DNA of 46,380 nt from positions 1-46,380 of the forward strand of contig CAZJVM010000018.1 of the NCBI GenBank assembly GCA_964549305.1. The letters run 5' to 3'. This DNA comes from an uncultured bacterium (GTDB lineage: Bacteria > Schekmanbacteria > GWA2-38-11 > J061). How positions within the stretch are numbered: the stretch's first letter is position 1; the number at the start of each line of letters is the position of its first letter. This document shows positions 8,871-18,013 of the stretch, in pieces. Under the pieces are notes generated by a model. The model saw nothing but the letters and a program-made list of their open reading frames with translations, was not told the origin of the DNA and searched no databases. The translations under genes were made by a program, and so were the position numbers.

Positions 8871-9656
8871 ATGAATGAATTCAAGAAACTTATTGCAGTT
8901 CAATTTTCGGTGTCTTACGGCAGGGTGGATGAAAATATTGCCACAGTAAATTCCTCTTTGAATAAATCTTTCGTCGAAAACGGCATAGTTGTCCTGCCCG
9001 AAATGTGGACAAGCGGATTCAGTTACAGGCATCTTGCCAGGGTGTCCGAAAAAAGCGCGTATGTGTTGGATTTTCTCGGGAAAATTGCGTCAGAGAGAAA
9101 TATTTTTATAATCGGGTCAATGCCGGAGGCTGTCGGGGAAAAAATATATAATACGGCTTTTGTAGTTGATAACACCGGCAAAGTGTCGGGAAAGTATCGT
9201 AAGGTCCATCTTTTTTCACCTATGCGGGAAGATAAATTTTTAAAAAGAGGAAACAGAATAACCTTATTTGACTCCCCTTTTGGAAAAATCGGAGTTGCCC
9301 TTTGTTTTGATTTGAGATTTCCCGAGTTTATAAGAAGTATGGCTGTTGCGGGAGCGAAAATTATTGCCGTATGCGCGCAATGGCCTCTCGTGAGGGTTGA
9401 GCACTGGAAAACGCTTCTTCGCGCAAGGGCGATAGAAAATCAGTGTTATGTGGTTGGCGCGGCGGCTTGCGGGAAAACAGGAAGTTTTATTTTCTGCGGG
9501 AATTCGATGATTATAGCGCCTGACGGGGAGATTCTTGCCAGTGCGGGAGTGAAGGAGAAAATAATATCAACTGATTGCCACATGGAAAAGGTAAAAAAGA
9601 TAAGAAAAGATATGCCCTGCTTTCAGAGCAGAATACCTGAAATATATAAAGTTTAA
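8871..9656 (+). CDS. Carbon-nitrogen hydrolase (nitrilase superfamily; omega-amidase/Nit-like)
   Basis: E-K-C triad: VLPEMW, YRKVHLF, LCFDLRFPE; also LLRARAIENQ. Confidence 0.93.
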   Translation: MNEFKKLIAVQFSVSYGRVDENIATVNSSLNKSFVENGIVVLPEMWTSGFSYRHLARVSEKSAYVLDFLGKIASERNIFIIGSMPEAVGEKIYNTAFVVDNTGKVSGKYRKVHLFSPMREDKFLKRGNRITLFDSPFGKIGVALCFDLRFPEFIRSMAVAGAKIIAVCAQWPLVRVEHWKTLLRARAIENQCYVVGAAACGKTGSFIFCGNSMIIAPDGEILASAGVKEKIISTDCHMEKVKKIRKDMPCFQSRIPEIYKV

Positions 9657-9673
9657 GGTTCTTACGGGGAGGA

Positions 9674-10936
9674 ATGACATTGTATTTTGAATATGAGGGT
9701 CCTGTTTTCAATATGGCAGTGAAGCAGTTTGAGAAAGCGGCTGAAATGTTATGTCTCGATGATAATGTTATGGAGAGAATCAAATATCCCGCTCGAAGTT
9801 TTATGGTTTCCATCCCTGTTCAAATGGATAGTGGTAAAACGGAAGTGTTTTCGGGATACAGAGTCCAGCATAACAGGACTATGGGACCCACAAAAGGAGG
9901 CATAAGATATCACCAGGACGTAACCCTCGGTGAAGTTGCGGCAATGGCTATGTGGATGTCCTGGAAATGCGCCATTATAGGGCTTCCTTTCGGAGGCGCA
10001 AAGGGCGGAGTGAAGTGTAATCCTACGGCTATGTCACAGGGAGAACTGGAAAGGCTTACAAGGCGATTTACATCGGAAATAATAACGGTCATAGGGCCTG
10101 ATGCCGACATCCCGGCGCCCGATATGGGGACTAACGGACAGGTTATGGCGTGGATGATGGATACATACAGTATGCAGAAGGGACATACGATTCCCGGAGT
10201 GGTAACGGGAAAGGATATTCTTCTCGGAGGGTCTGAGGCGAGAAGTATGGCGACTGGGGGCGGTATCATTCACCTTATTTCAGAAACCCTGCCTATTGCA
10301 AGTTTTAAAGGAAATGAAGTAAGAGTTGCCATTCAGGGCTTTGGAAAGGTCGGCGGCGCGGCGGCGGAGATTGCCGCAAGAAAAAACTGGAAAGTTGTCG
10401 CTTTGTGCGATGTGACGGGAGCAATACAAAATCCCGGGGGTGTGAATGTTTCGGAACTTACGAATTACGTAAAGGAAACAGGCGGTATAAAAGGGTTTAA
10501 GGGCGGAGAGGAAATTACTTTTGATGATTTTTGGTCTGTTGACTGCGATGTTATGATTCCTGCCGCCGTTGCAAGAAGCATCGATGCCGAAAAAGCGGAA
10601 AAACTTAAATGCAGAATTCTGGCCGAAGCGGCAAACGGACCTACGACTGAAGAAGCCGATGAAATAATTGAAGAGAAAGAAATAGTGGTAATTCCCGATA
10701 TTCTCGCAAACTCAGGTGGTGTTACCGTTTCATACTTTGAATGGGTACAGGATTTGCAAAGCTTTTTTTGGGAACAGAAAAAGGTTATAAATGAAGTTAA
10801 AAAACTGTTAAGTAAAGCTTTCAGGCAGGTATTGAATGAAAAAGAAAAAAGAAAAGTCAATATGCGTACTGCGGCGTTGATGATTGGTATAGAAAGAGTG
10901 GCAAGGGCGAAGAAAATGCGCGGATTGTATCCTTAG
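9674..10936 (+). CDS. gdhA: Glutamate dehydrogenase (Glu/Leu/Phe/Val family)
   Basis: GPTKGGIRY, MSWKC, GGAKGG, DIPAPDMGT, QGFGKVG, EAANGP, PDILANSGGVTVSYFEW. Confidence 0.9.
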   Translation: MTLYFEYEGPVFNMAVKQFEKAAEMLCLDDNVMERIKYPARSFMVSIPVQMDSGKTEVFSGYRVQHNRTMGPTKGGIRYHQDVTLGEVAAMAMWMSWKCAIIGLPFGGAKGGVKCNPTAMSQGELERLTRRFTSEIITVIGPDADIPAPDMGTNGQVMAWMMDTYSMQKGHTIPGVVTGKDILLGGSEARSMATGGGIIHLISETLPIASFKGNEVRVAIQGFGKVGGAAAEIAARKNWKVVALCDVTGAIQNPGGVNVSELTNYVKETGGIKGFKGGEEITFDDFWSVDCDVMIPAAVARSIDAEKAEKLKCRILAEAANGPTTEEADEIIEEKEIVVIPDILANSGGVTVSYFEWVQDLQSFFWEQKKVINEVKKLLSKAFRQVLNEKEKRKVNMRTAALMIGIERVARAKKMRGLYP

Positions 10937-10951
10937 GGAAATACTAAACCG

Positions 10952-12355
10952 CTATATATATTCCCTTGATTTCAGTCCGGTTATAATGATTCGCCATAAT
11001 GATACCTTATATGTTTTCTTGTAGCGGACCGCATAGGTTATGTAGAAAACAGCATCGAGGAGAAAGGTTATGGGAAGTTGAATTGCAAGCTTTACTAAGG
11101 GTTCGAGAAATTTATATTTTACTGTTAAATGAAAGAGTTTCTGCAGTCGCTGAAGTTTGTTTCTGTCCCTGTTTTGGACAACGCTTCTTTTGAAGAAGGA
11201 AGGTGATATTGAATTATAGTTGTATGGCTCGGGAAGAAGATTTTTTCCCCTGCAGATTTTTTCCAACTCCGTTCCCGGATATGGCTGATAGAGAGAGCAC
11301 CAGGGATAATCGACTCCTATTTGACGGTTTAGATGAATGGTTTCAAGAGCTTTTCCCACGTCTTCTCCGGGAATTCCCAGCATATTGTAAGTCCCTATTT
11401 TAATTCCGGCATTTTTCAGCAGATTTGCGGCATTGATGATTTCCTCATTGGAAATTCCCTTGTTGAGCAAGGTATTTCTCAATTCCACATTGCCCGATTC
11501 AATTCCGAAATATGCCATTTCACATCCCGCGTCCTTAAGCATGGAAACGGTTTTTTCATCTGTTAAACTTGCATGTAGAAGGCAGGTAAATGGAAGTCCT
11601 ATCTCTTCTTTATAAAGCGGGAAAAATTCGCAAAGCCATTTTCTGTTAAGAATAAAGACGTCATCGTCAAACCTGATAAACTTTGTGTTGTATAGCTCTA
11701 TGATTTTCTTCAATTCATTTATCACCCATCGCGGACTGTGCCTTCTTATTGGATTCCCTTTGCCCTCATAAAGCCTGATATAGCTTTTATTAAAACAGAA
11801 TGAGCAGTTATAGGGGCATCCTCTCCCCGTAAAAACGCTTAAATTATCTTTTAGGGAAGGATATTTCGCGTAAAGGGTGCGGTCCGGAGGGAGAAGGGTA
11901 TCAAGGTCTTCCACAAGGGGTCTTAAATCATTTTCTGTTATGGTGTTGCCGTTTTTTACCCAGAGATTTTGAATATTGTTGTAGGGTTTACCCTTGTCGA
12001 GGCATTCGGCAAGCTCGAGCATTGCATATTCGCCTTCGCCTCTGCAGATAATGTCAAGCGATGGATCACTTATAATTTCAGGAAAAAAGGTAGGGTGAGG
12101 TCCACCCATTATTATTTTTGCGTTGGTTCTTTTTTTTAATTCATCCGCTATTTTAAGAGCCCAGTTGTGCGTGCCTGTTGTGGCATAAAATCCGATGATG
12201 TGGGGATTGTATTTTTCCACACTTTCATAAATATTTCGTTCCCCGGACTCGATAAACACTTCACAACTGTGACCATTCTTCTTCAGGAGTGATGAAAGAT
12301 ACATAACCCCCAGAAACTCATACCAAAAATTTTGAAGAAACGCTATCCTGACCAT
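10952..12355 (-). CDS. Cobalamin-binding radical SAM enzyme
   Basis: Reverse complement of 12301-12355 reads ATG GTC AGG ATA GCG (MVRIA), so the gene is on the minus strand despite the track label. GGPHPT, GEGE, GRGCPYNCSFC (CxxxCxxC), FGIESG, PYPGT. Confidence 0.92.
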   Translation of the reverse strand: MVRIAFLQNFWYEFLGVMYLSSLLKKNGHSCEVFIESGERNIYESVEKYNPHIIGFYATTGTHNWALKIADELKKRTNAKIIMGGPHPTFFPEIISDPSLDIICRGEGEYAMLELAECLDKGKPYNNIQNLWVKNGNTITENDLRPLVEDLDTLLPPDRTLYAKYPSLKDNLSVFTGRGCPYNCSFCFNKSYIRLYEGKGNPIRRHSPRWVINELKKIIELYNTKFIRFDDDVFILNRKWLCEFFPLYKEEIGLPFTCLLHASLTDEKTVSMLKDAGCEMAYFGIESGNVELRNTLLNKGISNEEIINAANLLKNAGIKIGTYNMLGIPGEDVGKALETIHLNRQIGVDYPWCSLYQPYPGTELEKICRGKNLLPEPYNYNSISPSFFKRSVVQNRDRNKLQRLQKLFHLTVKYKFLEPLVKLAIQLPITFLLDAVFYITYAVRYKKTYKVSLWRIIITGLKSREYI

Positions 12356-12386
12356 TTTATATTCCTAGTTTTTTGGGTCATTTTAA

Positions 12387-12415
12387 ACATTATTTTTTAA
12401 TTAACAATCTGTCAA
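12387..12415 (-). promoter_or_regulatory. Candidate sigma70 promoter for the radical SAM gene
   Basis: Minus strand TTGACA-N17-TAATGT, about 30 nt before the ATG. Confidence 0.55.
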
Positions 12416-12698
12416 TACAATATGATTTTGAAAAAGTATCATTCAATTTTTCCTTTTCCCGGCATAAATGTCTGATTGATAAAAATATATTTGCGAAATT
12501 TTTTTAATTGCTGTTGGAAAAATCTTTATTTTAAAAAAGGAAATTGTTACACTTTTAATTTACATAATTGACTGGATAAAGATTTTGAAGAATATAGCGA
12601 ATTTTAGGGAACCTTCGGTTTTTTTATTATAGAAAGCATAATAGAAAGATTTTTTGTAAAGTTCCTGTTATCTGCTTGTTCCGATAAAAAAAATAAAA

Positions 12699-13259
12699 AT
12701 GAATCTTGCAAACCGCATAACTATATTCAGAATTTTTCTCGTGCCGCTTATAGTGTTTTTTCTGCTTTATTCAACGAAATATTATATGCATCTCATTGCC
12801 GCGTTTATCTTCCTCATTGCCTCTCTTACTGATATTATTGACGGATATATCGCCAGATACAGGAACGAGGTTACGAATTTTGGCAAACTGCTTGACCCTA
12901 TTGCCGACAAACTTCTCACATCATCTGCCCTCATTTCCCTTGTTGACCTTCAAAAGATACCGGCGTGGATTGTAGTTTTCATAATAGGCAGGGATTTTTG
13001 CATTGATGGATTGAGAAATATAGCCGCGTCACAGGGTTTTGTCATTCAGGCAAATGTGACGGCGAAATACAAGACGGTTTTTGAGATTTGCGGAATTCTC
13101 CTTTTAATTCTTTCCGGCACAAGCAGTGAGGAACTCTTTTATTACCTCAAGGTTTCGGGATTCACGGTAATTTTTCTTGCCGCAATTTTTGCGGTTATAT
13201 CGGGAGTGCAGTATTTTTCAAGTTTCTGGCACTCATTGGATTTGTCGGCCAGGGGTTAG
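12699..13259 (+). CDS. pgsA: CDP-diacylglycerol--glycerol-3-phosphate 3-phosphatidyltransferase
   Basis: NLANRITIFRI; TDIIDGYIAR...TNFGKLLDPIADKLL CDP-alcohol phosphotransferase motif. Confidence 0.93.
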   Translation: MNLANRITIFRIFLVPLIVFFLLYSTKYYMHLIAAFIFLIASLTDIIDGYIARYRNEVTNFGKLLDPIADKLLTSSALISLVDLQKIPAWIVVFIIGRDFCIDGLRNIAASQGFVIQANVTAKYKTVFEICGILLLILSGTSSEELFYYLKVSGFTVIFLAAIFAVISGVQYFSSFWHSLDLSARG

Positions 13260-13262
13260 AAT

Positions 13263-14117
13263 GTGGATATCATTAAAACCGTAGCGCAAATGAAGACGCA
13301 ATCGGCTAAATTGCTCGCTCAGGGGAAATCCATAGGAGTAGTTCCGACTATGGGTTGCCTGCACGAGGGGCATTTATCTCTTGTCAGAAAATCTGTCGAG
13401 GAATCTGATGTTACCGTTGTGACGATTTTTGTTAATCCTCTGCAGTTTGGAGAAGGAGAGGACTTGGATTCTTATCCCCGGGTTTTCGAAACCGATTGTG
13501 CCCTTTGTGAGAATGAGAATGTTGATATAGTTTTTTCACCGTCAAATGAGGAAATATATCCCGCGGGATTTGAAACCTGTGTATCCGTAAAAGAACTCCA
13601 GAATCATCTTTGCGGCATGTCGCGTCCCGGACATTTTGACGGTGTGACTACCGTAGTGCTAAAACTCTTTAACATTGTAAATCCTCACAGAGCATATTTT
13701 GGAATGAAAGACTATCAGCAGCTTCAGATAATAAAAAGAATGACGGAAGACCTTAACCTCGATGTGAGTATTGTTGAAATGCCCATTGTCAGGGAAAGCG
13801 ACGGACTTGCCATGAGTTCCAGAAATAAGTATCTCACAGATGAAGAACGGCAAACCGCCCTGATAGTCCCGCGCGTTGTCGATGAGGCGGAAAAGCTCAT
13901 AAGAGAAGGAAGGAAAGAAATCATGGAGATTATCGGAGAACTTTCTTCGATGGTAGGGCAAGAGGAAGGCGCTGAAGTCGATTATATCGCTCTTTGCGAC
14001 CCGGACACTCTACATTATATTGAAAATCCGCAAAGCAGGATATTGATTGCAGTGGCAATAAAAGTCGGAAGCGCGCGATTGATTGACAACAGAGTAATTC
14101 AAATAGCATACAATTAA
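13263..14117 (+). CDS. panC: Pantoate--beta-alanine ligase
   Basis: VPTMGCLHEGH, IFVNPLQF, SRPGHFDGV, FGMKDYQQ, DGLAMSSRN, RLIDN. Confidence 0.97.
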   Translation: MDIIKTVAQMKTQSAKLLAQGKSIGVVPTMGCLHEGHLSLVRKSVEESDVTVVTIFVNPLQFGEGEDLDSYPRVFETDCALCENENVDIVFSPSNEEIYPAGFETCVSVKELQNHLCGMSRPGHFDGVTTVVLKLFNIVNPHRAYFGMKDYQQLQIIKRMTEDLNLDVSIVEMPIVRESDGLAMSSRNKYLTDEERQTALIVPRVVDEAEKLIREGRKEIMEIIGELSSMVGQEEGAEVDYIALCDPDTLHYIENPQSRILIAVAIKVGSARLIDNRVIQIAYN

Positions 14118-14975
14118 TTGAAAGACGGTAACTTGACAATTCTTGTAGCTATCCCCGCTTATAATGCCGAAAAATATTTAAGAGATAATCTCGAATCCGT
14201 TATATCCCTTGACCCTCCGCCGGACAGAATAGTTGTAATAGACGACGGCTCGTCGGATGAGACTGCTCGAATTGCCAACAGTTTCCGGGAAGTTGAACTC
14301 ATCAGCCATAAAAAAAATATGGGGCTTGCCGCGTCGAGAAACAGCGCTTTGAAGAATTGCAATAACGATATTATTCTTTTTTTTGACAGCGACACAGTTG
14401 TGGAAAAAACTTTTATTCAAAAGATTAAAACCTGTTATGATGACAATGTCGCGGGAGTGGGAGGAATTGCAGTGGAAAAGGAAAGGGACTCACTCCTTTA
14501 CAGGTGGAGAGAAGTTTCCATGAAACAGGCGCGGAGGAATTCGGATGAAGTTCCGTTTCTTTGGGGTCTTTGTTCATCATACAGGGTTTCGGCACTCAAT
14601 GATGTGGGAGGATTCGACCCGGCATTCAGGACAAACGGAGAAGATGTGGATATGGGAGTGCGCCTTAGAGGAAAAGGTTACTCTTTGGTCTCTGTCCCGC
14701 AGGCAAAAGTGCTGCATCTCAAGAAAGAGAATTTTAAATCAATTTTAAAAACGATATATAACTGGTATTTTTGGGGCGCTTATGCCCTTAAAAAAAACGG
14801 GGAACACTATATAGCGAGCTATATAAAGATGATATTGATGAATCCTTTGAGAAGAATTTCTTCAATGCACCGCTTTCCTCTGCACCCCTATTTTCTGATG
14901 ATGGATTTGCTCGCTTTACTGATTCAGAGCACCGCGCTTTTCCGTATTATATTTAGTGGAAGAGAGGCAAGATAA
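14118..14975 (+). CDS. Glycosyltransferase family 2
   Basis: IPAYN, IDDGSSD, GLAASRN, FFDSD, GGFD...GEDVD; TTG start abuts the panC stop. Confidence 0.9.
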   Translation: MKDGNLTILVAIPAYNAEKYLRDNLESVISLDPPPDRIVVIDDGSSDETARIANSFREVELISHKKNMGLAASRNSALKNCNNDIILFFDSDTVVEKTFIQKIKTCYDDNVAGVGGIAVEKERDSLLYRWREVSMKQARRNSDEVPFLWGLCSSYRVSALNDVGGFDPAFRTNGEDVDMGVRLRGKGYSLVSVPQAKVLHLKKENFKSILKTIYNWYFWGAYALKKNGEHYIASYIKMILMNPLRRISSMHRFPLHPYFLMMDLLALLIQSTALFRIIFSGREAR

Positions 14976-15941
14976 ATGAAAAGAATGACCGTAATAATTC
15001 CCACAAAAAATCGTCCCGGTTTTCTTTTAAAAACATTGGGAAGTCTCATTGAATCGCCTGAGAGCAAAGAGATGGAAGTCATAGTTGTAGATGACGGTTC
15101 CGAAAGCCAAATGATGCACAAGAATATGGAGGTCTGCAGAAACTTTGAGAAAAACAGCAAGTATCTTTATATTGAATCAAGAGGTCCCGCGGGAGCAAGG
15201 AATATGGCAATAGGTTTGGCGGAGGCGCCGATACTCCTTTTTGCAGGCGACGATGTGAGGTTTTCCGGGGAAACAATAGAGGAACATTTACGTTTTCATG
15301 AAACCAGCAATAAGGCAGTATTCTTTGCAATGACCGGTGAAATCAAGTGGGATGAATCAGTTTCAAATAAGGCGATGATAAAGTTTCTGCAAAGAGAAGA
15401 GCTTCAGTTTCTGAAAAAAGATTCCGGCGGTGATATGTCCGAAACCGACTTTAACTCCTTTTATTCATCAAATCTTTCCCTGAAGAAGGAATTTCTCGTG
15501 AGAAATGGCCTTTATTTTGATGAAAGCTTTCCTTATGCGGCATGGGAAGATATTGAACTGGGTTACAGATGTCAAAAATCCGGTATGAAAATTTTTTTTA
15601 ACAGTAATGCCCCTGTCTATCATTTTCACGATCAGACCTTGCAAAATGTTGCGGAGCGAATGGAGAGAAGCGGAATGTCACTTAGGATTTTATTGAAAAA
15701 ATGGCCCGAACTTTCCAAAAATTTTGGATACCGTTATATGAAAGGAAAATTCAGGCGTGAAAGGAACTTTATAAAAACACTATTTAGAAACAGAGCGGTT
15801 GTTTCATTGATGGAGAAGAAATTATTTTCAACTGCGGCAGATGAGGAAATAGAAGGCATAAACGCTTTTTTCCTAAAAAGTGTTTTTTCTTATTATCTTC
15901 ATAAAGGATTTAAAAAAGGGATTGTAAAAGAGAATGGATAA
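14976..15941 (+). CDS. Glycosyltransferase family 2
   Basis: VIIPTKNR, VVDDGS, GPAGARN, FAGDD, FDESF..AAWEDIELGYR. Confidence 0.9.
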   Translation: MKRMTVIIPTKNRPGFLLKTLGSLIESPESKEMEVIVVDDGSESQMMHKNMEVCRNFEKNSKYLYIESRGPAGARNMAIGLAEAPILLFAGDDVRFSGETIEEHLRFHETSNKAVFFAMTGEIKWDESVSNKAMIKFLQREELQFLKKDSGGDMSETDFNSFYSSNLSLKKEFLVRNGLYFDESFPYAAWEDIELGYRCQKSGMKIFFNSNAPVYHFHDQTLQNVAERMERSGMSLRILLKKWPELSKNFGYRYMKGKFRRERNFIKTLFRNRAVVSLMEKKLFSTAADEEIEGINAFFLKSVFSYYLHKGFKKGIVKENG

Positions 15942-17994
15942 TGAGAGGGCAAAAGAATTATCCGTTATAATTCCCAGCTGGAACGGAAAGGACCTTCTTG
16001 AAGACTGTCTGAGATCGCTTACGCAGAATATGCCGAAATTCCCCGCTGAAATAATTGTCGCCGATAACGGTTCACGGGACGGGACTGCGCAATTTCTTGA
16101 AAAAACATATCCTGAAGTAAAAATCCTGCGTTTTGAAAAAAACTTAGGTTTTACCCCCGCGGTAAATGCGGGAATAAAAGCTTCGTCTGGAAGATATGTT
16201 CTTGTTCTGAACAACGATATAATCGTTTTAAAAGGCGCAATAGAAAAATTAGTGGACTTTATGAATGATAATTCCCGGGTGGGAATATCAACGAGCAGAC
16301 TTTTTTACTCAGATGGCAGCGTTCAGCCCGTATTCTACAAATACAGGACAATTCCTTTCACTCTCGCGGAAACTTTTTTCATGGACAGAATGTTTCCCCC
16401 TACGGGAATTTATGGCAACAGAGACGGAAAACCGGAGAGGAGAGAAAGAACGACTCGGGAAGGATGGGTTATGGGTGCCGCTATGATGTTCAGGCGGGTG
16501 GTAATCGATGAAACCGGCGGTTTTGATGAAAATTCTTTTACCGGTGACGAAGATATATGTTTTGAGGCAAAGAATAAGGGATGGGAAATTGCCCTATGCC
16601 GCAATGCCGCGATGATACATTCCCACAGACAAAGCTCTTTTTCTTCCGCGAGAAATCTGGAAAGTGAATGGGTGGGCAGAATGTATTTTGAATTTCAGAG
16701 AAGCGCATGCCTTTCCTATATAAAAAGAAATCCTCTCTGGAAAGGGAAAACGCTGTTTCTAATCAAGAAAAGCGCCTCTTTTTTGAGATTGATGATTTCT
16801 TCCGCTCTTTACCTCCTCTCTGTAGGCAATGAAGATATACTGAAAGCCAGAATCAAAGGGCACTTCACGTTTCTATGCTCTCCTTTTGAAGAAATGGCAA
16901 AATATGCCGATACCGTTTTTCCAAAAAAAATAACCGTTGTCAGCCCATCGCTTCTTGTTAAAGGAGGAATATCCCAACAGGTTAAATTCCTTTTTGAAAG
17001 CGAATTAGCGGAAAAGTATCGTTTCAATCACGCTGTTACTCATATTGACGGGAAAAAAATCGAAAAATTCGCAGTCGCAATAAAAGGCGCCTTTGGTTTT
17101 TTTATCCAATCCTTATTTAATCCGCCTCATCTTGTGGTTATCTATATGAGCGGAGACGTAAGCTTTTTAAGAAAATCTGTTATTCTGTTGATTTCAAAAA
17201 TGAGAAGGATAAGGACAATTCTCTACTGCCACTCCTATGACTTCGATTCTTTTTATCTCAGGTCGCCGAATTTTTTAAAACGTTATATAGAATATATTCT
17301 GAAAAAATCTGATTTCGTTATTGCGCTTTCGCAATTTTGGAGAAGTACTCTTGCCCGTATTTCAAAAAGAAAAGACATTATTGTTGTGCCTCCTTTTTCG
17401 GATGAGATTGAAAAATTTTTGTCAATCCCATTGAATGAAAAGAATGAAAAACCCTGCCATATCCTTTTTATGGGTGCAATAGAGGAGCGAAAAGGAGTAT
17501 TTGACCTCATAGAGGCATTTTCGGAAGTTTTAAAAAAGTCAGGAGATGACTGCCATTTAACTCTTGCGGGAGAAGGCAATATCAGGGAGATTGAAAAAAT
17601 TATAGAAGAGAAAGGATTATCGAAAAGGATAACACTTGCGGGGTGGGCGGACAGTGAAACGAAAAAAAGGCTTTTTAGCGAGAATGGCATTTTTGTTCTT
17701 CCTTCCTACGCCGAGGGTTTTCCTCTTGTGCTTCTGGAAGCTATGGCGGGAGGTTTGTCTGTTATTGCGGGAAATGCCGGGGGTATAAAAGATTTGATAA
17801 AGAGCGGTGAAAACGGATTTCTCGTTGAGCCCGGCAATATTCCGATGCTCGGAAATTTACTCTTAAGGCTTTTGGCTGATTCGAATCTTCGAAAAAAAAT
17901 ATCCGAAAATGCCCGCTCTCTTGTAAGCGAAAAATACAGAATTGACGCCAGCATGAAAGTTCTGGAAAACGTCTTTGAAAAAGCTCTCTCATAG
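15934..17994 (+). CDS. Fused GT2 + GT4 glycosyltransferase
   Basis: N-half: VIIPSWN, ADNGSRDG, NLGF..AVN, LNND. C-half: LFMGAIEERKG, FVLPSYAEGFPLVLLEAMAGG (EX7E), GENGFLV. Confidence 0.9.
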   Translation: MDNERAKELSVIIPSWNGKDLLEDCLRSLTQNMPKFPAEIIVADNGSRDGTAQFLEKTYPEVKILRFEKNLGFTPAVNAGIKASSGRYVLVLNNDIIVLKGAIEKLVDFMNDNSRVGISTSRLFYSDGSVQPVFYKYRTIPFTLAETFFMDRMFPPTGIYGNRDGKPERRERTTREGWVMGAAMMFRRVVIDETGGFDENSFTGDEDICFEAKNKGWEIALCRNAAMIHSHRQSSFSSARNLESEWVGRMYFEFQRSACLSYIKRNPLWKGKTLFLIKKSASFLRLMISSALYLLSVGNEDILKARIKGHFTFLCSPFEEMAKYADTVFPKKITVVSPSLLVKGGISQQVKFLFESELAEKYRFNHAVTHIDGKKIEKFAVAIKGAFGFFIQSLFNPPHLVVIYMSGDVSFLRKSVILLISKMRRIRTILYCHSYDFDSFYLRSPNFLKRYIEYILKKSDFVIALSQFWRSTLARISKRKDIIVVPPFSDEIEKFLSIPLNEKNEKPCHILFMGAIEERKGVFDLIEAFSEVLKKSGDDCHLTLAGEGNIREIEKIIEEKGLSKRITLAGWADSETKKRLFSENGIFVLPSYAEGFPLVLLEAMAGGLSVIAGNAGGIKDLIKSGENGFLVEPGNIPMLGNLLLRLLADSNLRKKISENARSLVSEKYRIDASMKVLENVFEKALS

Positions 17995-18013
17995 GGGAAA
18001 TGATGTAATTGTT

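Noticed and set aside
10952-12355. ORF track label '+' for the radical SAM protein
   Set aside because: The listed protein translates only from the reverse complement (CAT at 12353-12355), so it is reported on the minus strand.
12657-12687. TAAAG...TCCGATAA sigma28-like element before pgsA
   Set aside because: The spacer is 19 nt rather than about 15.
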